The position numbers were made by a program, and so were the translations under genes. Of a stretch of 64,000 nucleotides of DNA, positions 15,431-27,815 are shown piece by piece (within the stretch, counting starts at the first letter, position 1; each line of letters starts with the position of its first letter). The DNA is from Octopus vulgaris (lineage: Eukaryota). The DNA lies in NCBI GenBank assembly GCA_951406725.2, contig OX597820.1, positions 91,388,001 through 91,452,000 of the forward strand, in the 5' to 3' direction. The notes beneath the pieces are model-generated. The model was not told the origin of the DNA, made no database searches, and worked only from the letters and a program-made list of their open reading frames with translations.

Positions 15431-15598
15431 CACACGACGGGCTTATTACAGTTTCCGTCTACCAAACCCACTCACAAGGCTTTGGTCGGCCCGAGGTTAT
15501 AGTAGAAGACACTTGCCCAAGGTGCCACGCAGTGGGACTGGGCCCGGAACCATGTGGTTCGTAAGCAAGCTACTTGCCACACAGCCACTCCTACGCCT
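15174..15598 (-). mobile_element. tRNA-derived SINE family B, near full length, with internal (CA)/(TA) microsatellite
   Basis: The - strand head ggcgtaggagtggctgtgtggcaag...ggttccgggcccagtcccactgcgtggcaccttgggcaagtgtc has A/B-box-like segments and a CORE-like start. The tail ends gaaacaagtaaaagagtaaa. Homologous head at 32600. Confidence 0.85.
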
Positions 15599-16674
15599 AT
15601 ATTGGGTTTTTATTCAGACAGGCAACTAATTTTAACATTAGTAATTGTTCAGTCTCTGTTATCCTACATCGGTGACGACGTATTTCGATATGACTTGATA
15701 TTTTCAGTGAGTACATGATACCGACAAAGCTCACAGAGGTAGAAATGCTCATCTAATACTCTCATCTACAACTGCTGGACGATTTTCTTCAGCTACTGAA
15801 ATAATTTGTGTTTCTAAACATAGCTTGTCCATAAGGATTGCCACCTCCGGACGAACTCCACAATAAATTTGTTTGCTTGTAAAGTTTCTACATTAAGTAT
15901 GTACGGATGTCTATTTAAATCTGATATTGCTCCTGTTGTATATATTACACATACAGAGAGTGCGAGAGAGAGAGAGACAGAGACAGAGACGGAGAGAAGC
16001 AGTGAGAATTAAGAAATATATGCCCGAAACACAGCATGTATTAGAAAATGTAGGATGAATCTAAAATTAACTAATTTAACTAATTAAGTAAGTAATTAAC
16101 TAATTTCAAATTAACTAAACTAAGACGTAAATATTCTCGGTTTCTCTCCGTACGTAGAAAACTAAATAGATTTGTCTTCACGGGTTGTTGACCATCAATT
16201 CAAAGATAAGACATAGTGCTTTTTCTTCTCCCCAAAGAGATAGCTTACGATGAATAGTTAATTAAATCTAAGTATATTTTCCGAGGACAAGAATAAGATG
16301 TTCTCAAATCCGTTTAAATTTCCACAACGGATGACTTAAAGACTGCATCAGAATTATTTAAAACTTAGTTTACGTTCCTCTTACATGCTAACGTGTGCTT
16401 AAATGATTATAATTATACAATTACGCCGATGAAAAATACATGATACACAAATCAGACTTGCTATTACAAGATCTAATTTGTTATGGATTAAAGTAATGAT
16501 TGACTGTAAGTTCATTTCAGTGGCACACTGAGTGGTATTTGCATCTGATGACTGGTCAACAAATGTGAAACATGTTCAATCGTGTTTATTTTAGTGTGTA
16601 AAGAAAGTGTACAAAGCAAAGCTTAAAAAATAATAGTTTACATACTTTAAATGTATATTAGGTTTCGTTTCATG

Positions 16675-16690
16675 TGTATGTATGCATGTG

Positions 16691-16722
<32 letters not shown>

Positions 16723-16861
16723 TGTATGTATGTATGTATGTATGTATGTATGCATGTATGCATGCATGTATGTGTATGTATGTATGAATGTATGCATATA
16801 TATATATATTTATATAGACATACATACATACATATATGTATATGTCCACACGCACACACAA

Positions 16862-16897
<36 letters not shown>
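16675..16897. repeat. (ATGT)n/(TA)n/(CA)n compound microsatellite
   Basis: Direct reading of the sequence. Confidence 0.95.
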
Positions 16898-16898
<1 letters not shown>

Positions 16899-17035
16899 AA
16901 TGTGTTCCTTTCTGTCGAAAAGCGTAAGCGCGAAACGTAAAAGACTTTCTCACCTTCTCGAGCGTTAAACTAATACACATGTTTGATGTTTACACACCCG
17001 TCTTGGTATTTTGCTTTATGTAAATTCCAACTATA
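16899..17035 (+). mobile_element. Short microsatellite-embedded repeat with a degenerate minimal hammerhead-like motif
   Basis: ttctgt-cgaaaa-gcgtaagcgc-GAAA-CGTA-aaaga (16910-16947): tiny stem II and GAAACGTA are present, but the 5' core is decayed. Flanked by (TA)/(TG) repeats. Confidence 0.35.
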
Positions 17036-17958
17036 CATGTGTGTGTGTGTAATACATAAAATATCTATACGTATATATAAAAATGTATATGGCCGGTTAA
17101 AATGTATAAATAGTGTTTTTAAACCAAAATGTATGAAAAGGAAAAAGTAGATGCCCTGCATTTATTTGTAACTTCGGGGAAAGAAAGAAAATGAAATTGG
17201 TGTTGTTAGATGCTATCCTACTATGGAAATTATTGGAGTGTGCGAGTACCCTATTTAAATCTAAATATTGATGTATCACGTATACTTAATCTTTTGGTAT
17301 TGTGGATTTATGAAGAATGCCTCCATGAGGAGTGCAAGAGTGCACGCAGTCGCTGAGTATCTTCTAAAACATTTCTGAAACTTGTCTAGCTGAACCTTAT
17401 TATTTTTCTATCCTAAAAGATTATTGTATGTTAAACCGGTGTTTACAATTGTCTATGCAAAGGATGTTGACTAAAAATCTATTGGTATAATATGTAGTAC
17501 TGTATACCATAAATCTACGTACATCATTTATGTAAAATCGATAGACATACTGATCATAAAGTTTTGTGGCTATAATGCATAATTATTACTTTATCTTTCT
17601 TTCTCTCTAATATATATAACATGCATCACTTAATTTAGTAAACAGAAAGAAAAAAAAATGAATAAACCGCTGCGGTAGATGTGATAACATTTTACGAGTG
17701 TGAATTCGTTTTCATTCTATTTATTATCTTTTCTGGTAAGTTTATTCGTTATTGATATTCCACGTTTGTTTTCCCTTCACTTCTTATCATCTCACCCCTC
17801 ATTTTAGACTAGAGCTCTTTCTTTTTGTAGCTCTAATCTTATCACTTTATTTAATGTATTTTTTTTTTATCCTTTCCAAATTTACTTTTACTCTCCTCCT
17901 CCTCCTCTCCAATTTCTTTTTGTTTCTGCTCTGTCTTTATTATTATTTCTTCGCTAAG

Positions 17959-17990
17959 AAACAAATCATCAAGCCAAATAAATAATAAAC
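17959..17990 (+). other. Candidate small exon (32 nt; alternative acceptor at 17973 gives 17 nt)
   Basis: About 200-nt pyrimidine-rich tract (17750-17955) with TGC, AAG acceptor at 17956-17958 and consensus donor GTAAGT at 17991. One open frame reads NKSSSQINNK. Confidence 0.3.
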
Positions 17991-19162
17991 GTAAGTGCTG
18001 TAGAAATTAATCATGCAATCAGCCGATGTGAAATGATTAGAAGAAATAATAAATTGAACCATATATATGGAAGGAATCTGACGAAATAATTTTTTTCTTT
18101 ACACTCAGAGTAAATCTCTAATTTAAGATCGTATGTAATGTGATAGATTCATTGGTAACTTACTCATTTAATGTAATCATGGCGCAGTTTAGTTCGTTAA
18201 CGGCCAGAAACTGATATGCACTATAACTAGATAACTAAGTACAATTCTTCCCATGAATCCGTCTTTAATGTTAAGCTATCAACGCAGAATCAAGCCTTTC
18301 TGTTTTAAATCAGGTCTCAGCATTTGACTTATATTTTTGATCCAACATAATAAATAAATAAACTATATATTATTTGAAGTTACGAAGTGATAGCTAATAT
18401 TAATTTCAGCCAGGGATTACTGAATGGATAGAATTAAGTTTAGTCTGCCTATCCAGAAACTGTTTTACTTTATTTCAGTAGATAAAAAGAATTACAGTAC
18501 GCTTGATTTGATGTAAAACAATATAAAGCTGGAAATTTAATAGGGGCACTCGTATGCAAAGTATACAAGTTTAAGTATGAAGCGTGACGTTAAGAACACC
18601 AATATCTCTGATTTTTATTTCACTAAGCTGGCAGTTGATAAGATGAATAAGATGATATTGATGAATAATTTATATAAATAAGTGTATAGATAGTAAGCTT
18701 GTAATTTATTTCTTAAACAAACAATGTGAATTGTAGTAAATGAGTAAATCAAACATTGTATTATATTCGAGCTCAATCTTCTATTGTTATGTAAACCAAC
18801 TTAGTTAAAATGGTATAATCAAAACGAAATGGAGAAAACAATATTAGTAAATAATTAACGTATTTAGCCGTTACAGAATTATTGTTAATTGGTAGTGATT
18901 TGTAGCTAAAGGTCACTATATTGATGTATTATGGGCATCATAAATAGAAAACAAACGTGGCCATTAACATTTTGCTTTCAGGTATAGATTTATATGACTT
19001 ATCGTATTTCAGGAGGGAGACAATAAGCAAATGATATGTATGGATTCTATTTATATAATAATTATAATCTGCCTACAAGTTATTTTCATTTTTTAATCTA
19101 AAAAAAAGAAAAAACGAAATCATAAAGTTTGGGAAATATGAAAAGCCTGTGTCTTAATACTC

Positions 19163-19375
19163 CTTTCTGCTATAGGCACAAAACCTGAAATTTGGAGGGC
19201 AGTGGGTTATTCGATTACATCAACGCCAGTGCTCAATTGGTTCTTATTTTGTCGACCAGAGGAAGATGAAAGGGGAAGTTGATCTCGGTGGAATTTGAAT
19301 TTAAAACGTAAAGACGGATGAAATGTCGAGAAGCAGATTGTCCGGCGTGCTGACCATTCTGATAGCACGGTGCCT
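19163..19375 (-). mobile_element. Degenerate SINE family A copy (tail variant 2)
   Basis: gatgaaaggggaagttgatctcggtggaatttgaatttaaaacgtaaagacgg...ccggcgtgctgaccattctg aligns with the 43.5 kb and 61 kb copies. Confidence 0.75.
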
Positions 19376-19427
19376 ATAATAGCAGTAGTTGTTGTAGTAA
19401 TAAAAATAATAACAGCAACAACAATGG

Positions 19428-19637
19428 TTTTAAATTTTGGCAAAAGACCAGCAACTTCGGGTCAGGAGTGAAATCGATTTCATCTACCTAAGTGCTCAAC
19501 TGGTACTTATGTTATCGACTTCATGGGGATAAAGGCAAAGTCGGCCTTGGCGGAATTTGAAGTCAGAAGGTAAGGACGGACGATATGCCGTTAAGAATTT
19601 TGCTCTGTGTGCCAACAATTCTGCTAGCTTGCCGCCT
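19428..19637 (-). mobile_element. Degenerate SINE family A copy (tail variant 3)
   Basis: aactggtacttatgttatcgac...aaaggcaaagtcggccttggcggaatttga...ctgctagcttgccgcc aligns with family A. Confidence 0.75.
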
Positions 19638-19662
19638 TATGATGATGATGATGATGATAATA

Positions 19663-20470
19663 AGACATGAAAACTGTTGGACATTACACGGAGCCTTCCA
19701 GCCTAGGAGTGACACCGACAGGCTGCACTTCTCCAGAAGAAAGGGTGGGAGAGGTTTGATCAGTTGCCAGGATTGTATCGAAGCAGGAAACATCTTAGGC
19801 TGGTATGTAAAGAATGCTGTGGAGCCATGGTGTAACGAAAGAAAAATTTAAAGAAAAGAACACACATATAAAAAAAACAAACAGCATAGAAGGAAAAATG
19901 CACGGACAGTTTCCAAGAGATACGAACGCCAAGACAGATACAAAAGACTTGTGGCTATGGATGAGGAGAAATGACCTGAAGGTGGAGACAGAAGCACTTC
20001 TATGCGCAGCCTAAGAACAAGCGTTAAGGACCAACTATGTGATGTGCAGAAAATAAAACACTACCAACAGCGACAAATGCAGGATGTGTAGTGAGAGGGG
20101 CAAAGCAGTATGGCACATCATTGGTGAATGCTCGTAATTGGCACACCGCGAATACAAAAGGCGCCATGATAATGTGACAAGAATGATCCATTGGGAGCTC
20201 TGTGGAAATCATGTCCTACAAAGAGCAAAGACGTGGTATGAGCAAAACCCAGAAGGAGTAACTGAGAATGAGAATTACAAAAATCCTGTAAGATGCAATG
20301 ATTCAGTGCGATCACCTGACAAGACATCGGAAACCGGACCGAGTTCTGGTGGATAAAAAAAAAAGAACATGCATGATAATTGATATATTATCTCCTGGTG
20401 ACAACAAGGTCAAAGATAAAAGAGAAGAAAAAATAAACGACTATGATGATTTGAATTAGGAAATATGAAG
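19663..20470 (+). mobile_element. 5'-truncated R4/Dong-type non-LTR retrotransposon remnant (RT thumb, CCHC knuckle, restriction-like endonuclease)
   Basis: Translations DTDRLHFSRRKGGRGL, KMHGQF, LKVETEALLCAA*EQALRTNY, CRMC...HIIGEC, YKRRHDNV and RKPD..VDKK..CMIID, with stops and frameshifts. Confidence 0.88.
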
Positions 20471-20685
20471 TTTCAAGAAATTTTCTGGGTGGCTGCACTA
20501 CCCTTTTCACCCCAAATTTCCTTTACGAGTAAATGTTGTTGGGCAGGTCCAGGGGAACGCCTCCCTTCTACACGTGGTGAGATATTTGATGTTCAAACTT
20601 GAACTTGGGCAAACGTGAACTAGAGCAAGGCACAGAAGTCAGGCTTTAACACATAACGAAGATGGTGTAAGCATTCACTACCTCT
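20471..20685 (-). mobile_element. Penelope-like element C-terminal fragment; paralog of 23563-23770
   Basis: Highly similar to 23563-23770. The - strand encodes a terminal CSHPENFL. Confidence 0.7.
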
Positions 20686-20929
20686 GCTCGACCTTTCAGG
20701 GACACGTCACCTTTTCATGTTTTTCACAAGTTATTTTTTTTCAGGTGGGTATTTTGTCGTTTGTTTTAAAGTCTGTCACCTTATCCCGTTCTCCAGCCCA
20801 CTTGTTCTAATTCTCATAAACGGATTGTGCAGTATTGCTGTCTATGCGTACTTTATAGTCATTTTCTTCTAACTGTCGTTGATGAGGGGACTCCTTTTAT
20901 AGTCGTCTTCTGTATCCAAGAAAGAGGAT

Positions 20930-21800
20930 TCTTGGGTCACGTGGTTCATACCTTGCATTAGGAAAAGTGGAATTTTAATTTGCAGTCTCATGGTTTGTGC
21001 ATGGTGCCTCCTTAAAACTAACAAATTCCATGATTTGACTAACAGTTCTTAGAGATTTACTGCATTGTGCAGAAACCCCATACGTGTGTTTTGTTCCCAC
21101 ATGTCTATCAGCTGAGCTACTGACCTTGGATACTGAATTTTAATGCTTTCATTATTTCTAGCGGTTACATTTCTGCTGTCTTTTCGTGGTCTTAGTTGTA
21201 ATGTGTCACTAGTATGATTACCGAGGCGGTGAGCTGGCAGAAACGTTAGCACGCCGGGCGAAATGCGTAGCCGTATTTCGTCTGCCGTTACGTTCTGAGT
21301 TCAAATTCCACCGAGGTCGACTTTGCCTTTCATCCTTTCGGGGTCGATTAAATAAGTACCAGTTACGCACTGGGGTCGATATAATCGACGTAATCCGTTT
21401 GTCTGTCCTTGTTTGTTCCTTCTGTGTTTAGCCCATTGTGGGTAGTAAAGAAATTAGTATGATTACCGAGAAGCGATCGGCATCACAATCGTCGATATTA
21501 CTGACGGTAACATCTGCGCTACCTTCTTCCAAATATTTAGGAATCGTACAATGTGAGCTTGCCCTATTCACTATTTCAAAATAAAACAAGGTACCAATTG
21601 TTATGCCATTCCCGATTAAGGAAATTTTAATTGAACTATCTCCCACCGCTGCCTCCAAATTTCTGCTTAGATGCAACCAGAAAAGTCTTTGTGGCCTTGA
21701 GAAAACACAAGTCGGTTACTTTCCTACATGTGCCTCTGGAATTAACTGTGGTCGGCCGACGCTGTCATGTATACACAATGATGGCAAGATTTGTTATTTC
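20930..21800 (-). mobile_element. Very decayed LINE ORF1-like remnant interrupted by a SINE
   Basis: - strand LEAAVG...GITIGTL...IPKYLEEGSADVTVSNI and a possible degenerate zinc knuckle near 20930-20970. Weak resemblance only. Confidence 0.3.
21225..21454 (+). mobile_element. tRNA-derived SINE family A, full length, with 16-bp TSD
   Basis: Head ggcggtgagctggcagaaacgttag, B-box gagttcaaattcc. TSD tagtatgattaccgag at 21210-21225 and 21455-21470. Near-identical copies at 43.5 and 61 kb. Confidence 0.93.
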
Positions 21801-22319
21801 TACAAAATATTATATAGCAAGGGGGAATTTGTTTGAAAGTAAGATTACGAAGGATGACGTTCCTTTCTTTATATTTGTATTTGCCGTGGTATAATCATAT
21901 ATATACAATGGCTGATGTTGTTGATATTTATGATAACATTTCTTCTCGGTATATTTAAATTCTATGTTTAAATGTTTGTGTTTTCCACTCGTTGTTACTA
22001 TTAATATTTTGCATTAATGTTACATATTCTTTGTTTGTTTTCTGTGTGTGTGAAATGATTTTCGTATATTTTCAGTATTTTTTTTTGCTTTTTTTTTTTG
22101 GTAGGCGTATCCCGAAATAGTCGTAGTTATTTTTGTCGTCGCTGACGTAAAGGAAAACTCTTTTGTTCAAAAATAAAAGCACAAACTTTATAATTTTCTT
22201 TTGTCAGCCCCTGTAGGAGGAGATTCCAAACTTTGGGAAGTTATCTGTATGCTATTTTTCTCGGTAAATACACTATTTGAAAAGGTAATTTTTCTTTCGG
22301 AAAGTTACTTCGTCTGCAG

Positions 22320-22410
22320 TGAATAACAATAACAGCAACAACAACAACAACAACAACAGCAACAATAGTAATAACAATAATAATGATAATGATAATAATA
22401 CAATAAAAAT
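22320..22410. repeat. (AAC)/(AAT) trinucleotide repeat
   Basis: Direct reading of the sequence. Confidence 0.9.
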
Positions 22411-22422
22411 AAAAGAGAAATA

Positions 22423-23320
22423 GTTACACTAATATTAAAAACTGGACTCAATTCTAGAAATATGATATGCTAACCATACCAGTCATAAGCTACAGCTGCA
22501 ATATAATGAACTGAATTCAAAGAATATTGAGGAATTTAGACAGAATAACCACGAGGCTCCTAGCAGCATACTGAAGCCACCATCCCAAAGCAAATAGTTA
22601 CCGAATATAGACGCCCCGCTCACAAGGAGGGTATGACCTAATGCAAATACAAAACTACTGTAGAACAACATTTTAAAGCTGGACAAATACTCAGAAATAA
22701 ATAATGGAAATCCTAAAAATGTAACAAACATGAAAAAATGACCTCTTTTCTATACATCAGGAAATGAGAAAGTAAAGAGAAACAGACTGCCATGAAACCA
22801 TATATTTAGGTAATAACTCAACAGAAATGGTAAAACATAAAACACATGAAAAGAAAATTAGAAAACATACAAACAAACAAAAAAGAAGGAGAGAAAAACA
22901 CCTCTTGAGCCAATATACTGCAATGCTTGATAATGAAGTAAGCCATAGTGAAAGTTAACAATGGCTCCAAAGCAAAAACTTGGTATGAGCAAAACCCAGG
23001 AGTAACTGAGAATGAGAATTGTAAAATCTTGTGGGATACAATGATTCAGTGCGATCACCTGACCAGACATCGTTATGTTGAATAAAAAAGAAAGAACGTG
23101 CATGATAATCAATATAGTATCTCCTGGTGACAAAAGGATCAAAGATAAAGTAGAAGAAAAAATAAATGACTATGAGGATTGGAAGTGGGAAATATGAAGT
23201 TTGTGGACAAGGAGGAGAGTAAACGTGATAGCAATAGTAATTGGTACACTTGGAAGTTTCTTGAAGCATGGCCAGAAAATAAGTATCGCTTTTCAACATA
23301 CCCAGCATTTCCCATCATAC
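22423..23320 (+). mobile_element. R4/Dong-type LINE remnants (RT C-terminal part and endonuclease part)
   Basis: LILKTGLNSRN..IPVISYS...HHPKA...PRSQGG at 22423-22660. 22968-23200 matches 20223-20470 (WYEQNP, KILWD, IQCDH) and continues AIVIGTLG. Confidence 0.8.
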
Positions 23321-23559
23321 CCAACAAAAGAACCTTTGAGTTCTAATCATATAAAAATATAATAGTAATAATAATAAAATAGGGGGTTCTTTTTTAACTT
23401 CTATGTGTTTACATAACAGCGAAAACGTTAGATGATGATGTAATACAACAACGTTATGTTAAACATTGTCATGTTAACCATCAATTAACAAAAAACAAAG
23501 AAAACAAATTCAAACCATGATATAATCACCAAAAGTAAGGAGACATCCTAAAGCTGTTT

Positions 23560-24170
23560 TTTTTTCAAGAAATTTTTTGGGTGGCTGCACTACCCTTTTC
23601 ACCTCAAATTTTCTTTACGAGTAAATGTTGTTGAGCAAGTCAAGGGGAACGTCTCCCTTCCACACGTGGTGGGATATTTGGTGCTCAAACGTGAACTTGG
23701 GCAAACTAGGGCAATGCACAAAAGTCAGGCAGTAACACATAACGATGATGGTGTAAGCATTGACTTCTCCTTACTACACAAACTCTGCATATGGCCACAA
23801 TGCTCTGTTCCATTGATGTAGGAGACTGGAATCGGGAGGAATTTCCATGAGTTTGAGTATGGATCCGATCGTCTCTTAGTTGCCAGACGTGGCTGGCCAG
23901 CAATGTTACGTATCTCCTTTCTGGAACTCTGAAGGATGACCTCTGGTTGGCGAGGTGCTGCATGAATGAGCTCGTAGAACAGGGTTTGCTGGCAATTCCA
24001 CTAGTACTTCGGCTTGATAGATTACCCCTTTGGTTTCGCAGTGGCCTCCGACTGGGCATCTGTTGGGGACCCTGCATGAACAACTGCTTCTTCGTGTGGC
24101 ATAGAAGCAACATTAGATGGTGAAAGAACTCAGATAGGTCCCTGATCTCCTCCAAAATGACGAAGAGCTT
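23560..24170 (-). mobile_element. Penelope-like element GIY-YIG endonuclease remnant (Naiad-like Cys pattern)
   Basis: - strand CSCRVPNRCPVGGHCETKGVIYQAEV (24082-24004), then SF..HLANQRSSF...TLLASHVWQLRD, SWKFL..SY, CRVC/SKEK and terminal CSHPKNFL. Frameshifted. Confidence 0.8.
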
Positions 24171-24988
24171 ATATAGAATACACACACACACACACACGCA
24201 CGCACATATATATGCGGTTATTTATACACACACACAATCTGAAACGATTTAGAATTCTTTGCTTTATTTTATCGATTTGAAAAAGTATTTATGATATCTT
24301 GAAATTGTTTACTTAGTCTAGCTTGTTCATTTGTTTATTTATGTTGCATATATTCATATAAAAACTAAATTAAGATAATTCCCATTATCACATATTTACT
24401 CGTTTGATGACTGCTTGACCAGGTCAGATAATGTGGTACTATTTCGGTTACCGTATAAAGTCAGTTATTCCAATACAAGTTCAGAACTAAGCATAGCTAT
24501 TTTGAAATCATCTGTTTAAATTTAGCAACACAAATCAGGACTTATTTAGAGTTATCTATCTTGAAGTTTGTATTTAAGCGGAGCTCAGAATATGCAATAA
24601 TTTTCCAGTTCACTGTGTGTAGTTGCCGTGAAAGGATTTTCAATTTTCTGCCTCGCTGTTTCTTTATTAGCTTTCATTACAGCCAGTATACGACGGAAAT
24701 CTAACCATCTACACTCCAGTCGTTTTTCTATGATAGGTAGTTATTTCGGTGACATATCTTTGAATTACTCCTGATTGGAAGACTTTTCCTTTAGAAATTG
24801 TATGCTTTGTGAATCTTTATTCATAATAATACATATGGATTAATTCCTTTACATTATTCACTGAATAAATTATATTAACTTGAAATTTAATTGGCAACAC
24901 ATTTACAATGATGTAAGTTATGTGAACATTTCATGTAAAATAGAATATATCAACGTTTGATAAACAACTTAGCTTACATTCTAAAATA

Positions 24989-25826
24989 TACGAGGTGGTA
25001 TCAAAAAGTTCCCGGACTAGTTATGTTTAATATTTAAAGAATAGCTTATTTACCTAAGTTTTAAGATAATCTCCTTCGAAATAGTTTCCTTGCGCAGCAA
25101 TACACCGGCCCCAGCGTCCCTACCACATTTTGTCTCCGGTCTGGAAGTTGTTTTCCATAAGCGAGACGATCTCAGAAACGATGCTAAAACGGCAACCATT
25201 GAGCTGCATTTTCATCTTGGGGAAGAGATGGAAGACCGCAGGTGCTAAATCTGTTGAAAAGGGCAAGTGTGGAAGCGATGTTGTGTCTGGCGAGAAACTC
25301 ACGAGTGTGGAGAGGTCAGTGACAGAGTGAATTGTCGTCGTGAAGAATCCAGTTCTTCGTGCTCCACATCCGGGCGCTTTTGGAGAATGGACTCCCTCAA
25401 AAACTTTACGACGTCGCAGACGAAACCTCGATCGACGGCCTGGTCCTGGGGGACGAATTATCAATGAACAATAGCACATTTCCTAGTATGAATCTCGCGG
25501 TGGTTCTTCCAGCTCACTCATCATCATCTAGGGACATTCTTTTGCTTTGCAGCGCCCGCGTCACTAGAAACATAGCGCACGACCCATTGCTTTGTCACCG
25601 TAAGCTTGCAGAAGCATACTCAGTGTCTCTGTTGTAGTCTTCTCAAGTTTAGCGAAAAATTTCAAATTGCCATTTTGTTCCTGTCCATGACATGATTTGA
25701 CCAGTACTTTATATTTCAACTCGAAATGATGAAAGACAATGTTGTGCAATTCGGGATTTGAACATCGACGTCACTCGGGAAACTACCTCAAGAAGGTCAT
25801 TGCTAGCTTTCACTGCGCATGCAACC
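24989..25826 (-). mobile_element. Internally deleted mariner transposon relic
   Basis: TA plus TIR cgaggtggtatcaaaaagttcccggact at 24989. N-terminal EQNGNLKFFAKLEKTTTETLSMLLQAYGD and C-terminal HLPFSTDLAPAVFHLFPKMK (YSPDLAP-like). The other TIR is not seen. Confidence 0.85.
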
Positions 25827-26039
25827 GAGTGCTATAGAAATAACCTGTACAATATTGAGTATAAGTGAAATATAGTTTCAAATGTCTCTCTCGTTGGGAT
25901 GTGGAATAGTTAGATATTTCAGTGTAAATCTTGACTCAAAAGAAATATGTGCAGATGGAAACAGGTTTTGTCTGAACTGGTTAGGTTGATTAATCTCTGT
26001 ATATTCAACTGAAACAACGATTACGACTGAAAGCCCAAC

Positions 26040-27292
26040 GGCTTAGAAGATATGACAGATGAATTATATTTTATTAACAAAACAAGATATTCAAGACGGG
26101 GGAAAAGTAATTTTATAGGTAAAATGGCAAAAATAAGAAAGAAGTAAAGGAACCACGGAACACTGAGGAAATGGAAGAGTTCTGGAAGACGATATGGAGC
26201 AACAAAAAAGAATATAATGCTAAAGCTGACTGGATAGAGCGTAAGAAAATGAGGTTGAAATGAAGTTCAAGAGCAGAAATGGGAGGCGATAGGAATAGAA
26301 GAGCTAAAAGGAGTTCTTATGAACTCTCACAAATGGAGAACCCCAGGACCGAATTCCTAACTTCTGGCTAAAGTGTCTGACAGAAGTACACACAATTTCG
26401 CTGCATCTCTCACTGATGTCATCCAGGACCCAGAGCAAACACCTGCCTGGCTGAACAGCATACCTTCTCCCAAAAATTGAAGACACGCACAAAGAAAAAA
26501 ACAGCAACAAAGAACTACCGACCAATAACATGTCTCAACCCCACCTGCAAGATCCTCACATCCTTATTAACCTACAGAATATATGTTTTCTTTGAATGGA
26601 GATCTATCCTTCCACAAGATCAAAATGGCTGTAAAAGGAATTCTTATGGCTGCAAAGATCGATTACTCATAAGTAACATGATTGTAGAGAATTACCGGAG
26701 CAAAAGAAAAACCTGAGTATGGCATGGATAGACTACAGGAAAGCAATTTATGGTGTCCCTCATAATTGGCTACTCAAGGCCCTCGATATATACAAAATCT
26801 CTCCTGTCGTCTCCAAATTCTTACAAGGTAGCATGGCTAAGTGGAACATAATCTCTTTCTGAACTATAGTAATAGGATGAGCCAAACTAACAACATCAAC
26901 ATCACACGTGGCATCTCTGAAGGTGACTCTCTCTTCCCATTATTCCTGTCAATACTGACAGAACGATCCAGGGTAATCGAACAGGCATAATTATTAAAGA
27001 CAAGGAAGAAAATACTTGTAGACTAATAGATGTAAGTGCTCTCACTGAGAAAAAATATATATCAAGGAATTTGACAAACTAAGTAAATATAAGGACCTGG
27101 AAACTGAAATACAAAATATGTGGCAACTTAAAACGAGAACTGTTCCTGTTATTGTAGGTGCCCTAGGTATGATAAAACATGAGATGTCAGAAACATCTAG
27201 GTAAGATCCCAGGAGAACCATGTCACCGAGAAATCCAAAAGACTGTACTGACAAGTAAAGCCCACGTCCTTAGAAAAACACTATCCATTTAA
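26040..27292 (+). mobile_element. Internally deleted R4/Dong-type LINE
   Basis: EEFWKTIW, KNYRPITCLN, QNGCKRNSYGCKDRLLI, LSMAWIDYRKA, RGISEGDSL, then a jump to the endonuclease part (CRLIDV, KYKDL..EIQNMW, VPVIVGALG). Confidence 0.9.
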
Positions 27293-27311
27293 ATGTCGGT
27301 GTTGATGATAG

Positions 27312-27365
27312 AATATTAAAGAAGTATAAATATTAAAGAAGTATAAATATTAAAGAAGTATAAAT
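27312..27365. repeat. 17-bp tandem repeat x3 (aatattaaagaagtata)
   Basis: Perfect copies at 27312, 27329 and 27346, just after the LINE ORF end. Confidence 0.9.
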
Positions 27366-27754
27366 GATGTATACAAATATGTAGAACTATATATTGATAT
27401 ACATTTGCGGTTGCATGTGTCCGCGTGCGCGCGCAGGTGTGCTTGTGTGTGCACGCGCGCGTAGTGTTTATCTAAATAGATCAGGAGTGACCTTTTCCTC
27501 TGAAGTTTCTACAGTATAGAGTTTGTACAGATGCTACTCTAGACAACTTAGCCTTGGCCCGCTCATGCTTGTTTGAAGAGGGTTATATAACAATGGACTT
27601 GACTTCCAAGCCAGCGGCGGCTGGAGTGGCTTAAATTGTTACTTTACTTTTGTATTGAGAATTTCTCCAGATAGTTATCCAACAGTAGACAAACACACAA
27701 ACACAGACAAATACACAAAAACGTGCGCGCGCATACACATGCCTGTGTATGTGT

Positions 27755-27815
<61 letters not shown>

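Noticed and set aside
16545-16580. CTGATGA...GAAAcatgtTC hammerhead-like string
   Set aside because: Neither stem I nor stem II can pair.
18961-18990. ttttgctttcAG|GTatag possible recursive splice site
   Set aside because: Weak regenerated donor; such strings are expected by chance in AT-rich DNA.
23706-24197. 163-aa ORF as a host gene
   Set aside because: It starts in a (TG)n repeat and is a frame mosaic of a decayed Penelope-like endonuclease.
27312-27365. Short direct repeats resembling a CRISPR array
   Set aside because: Head-to-tail repeats with no spacers, in eukaryotic DNA.
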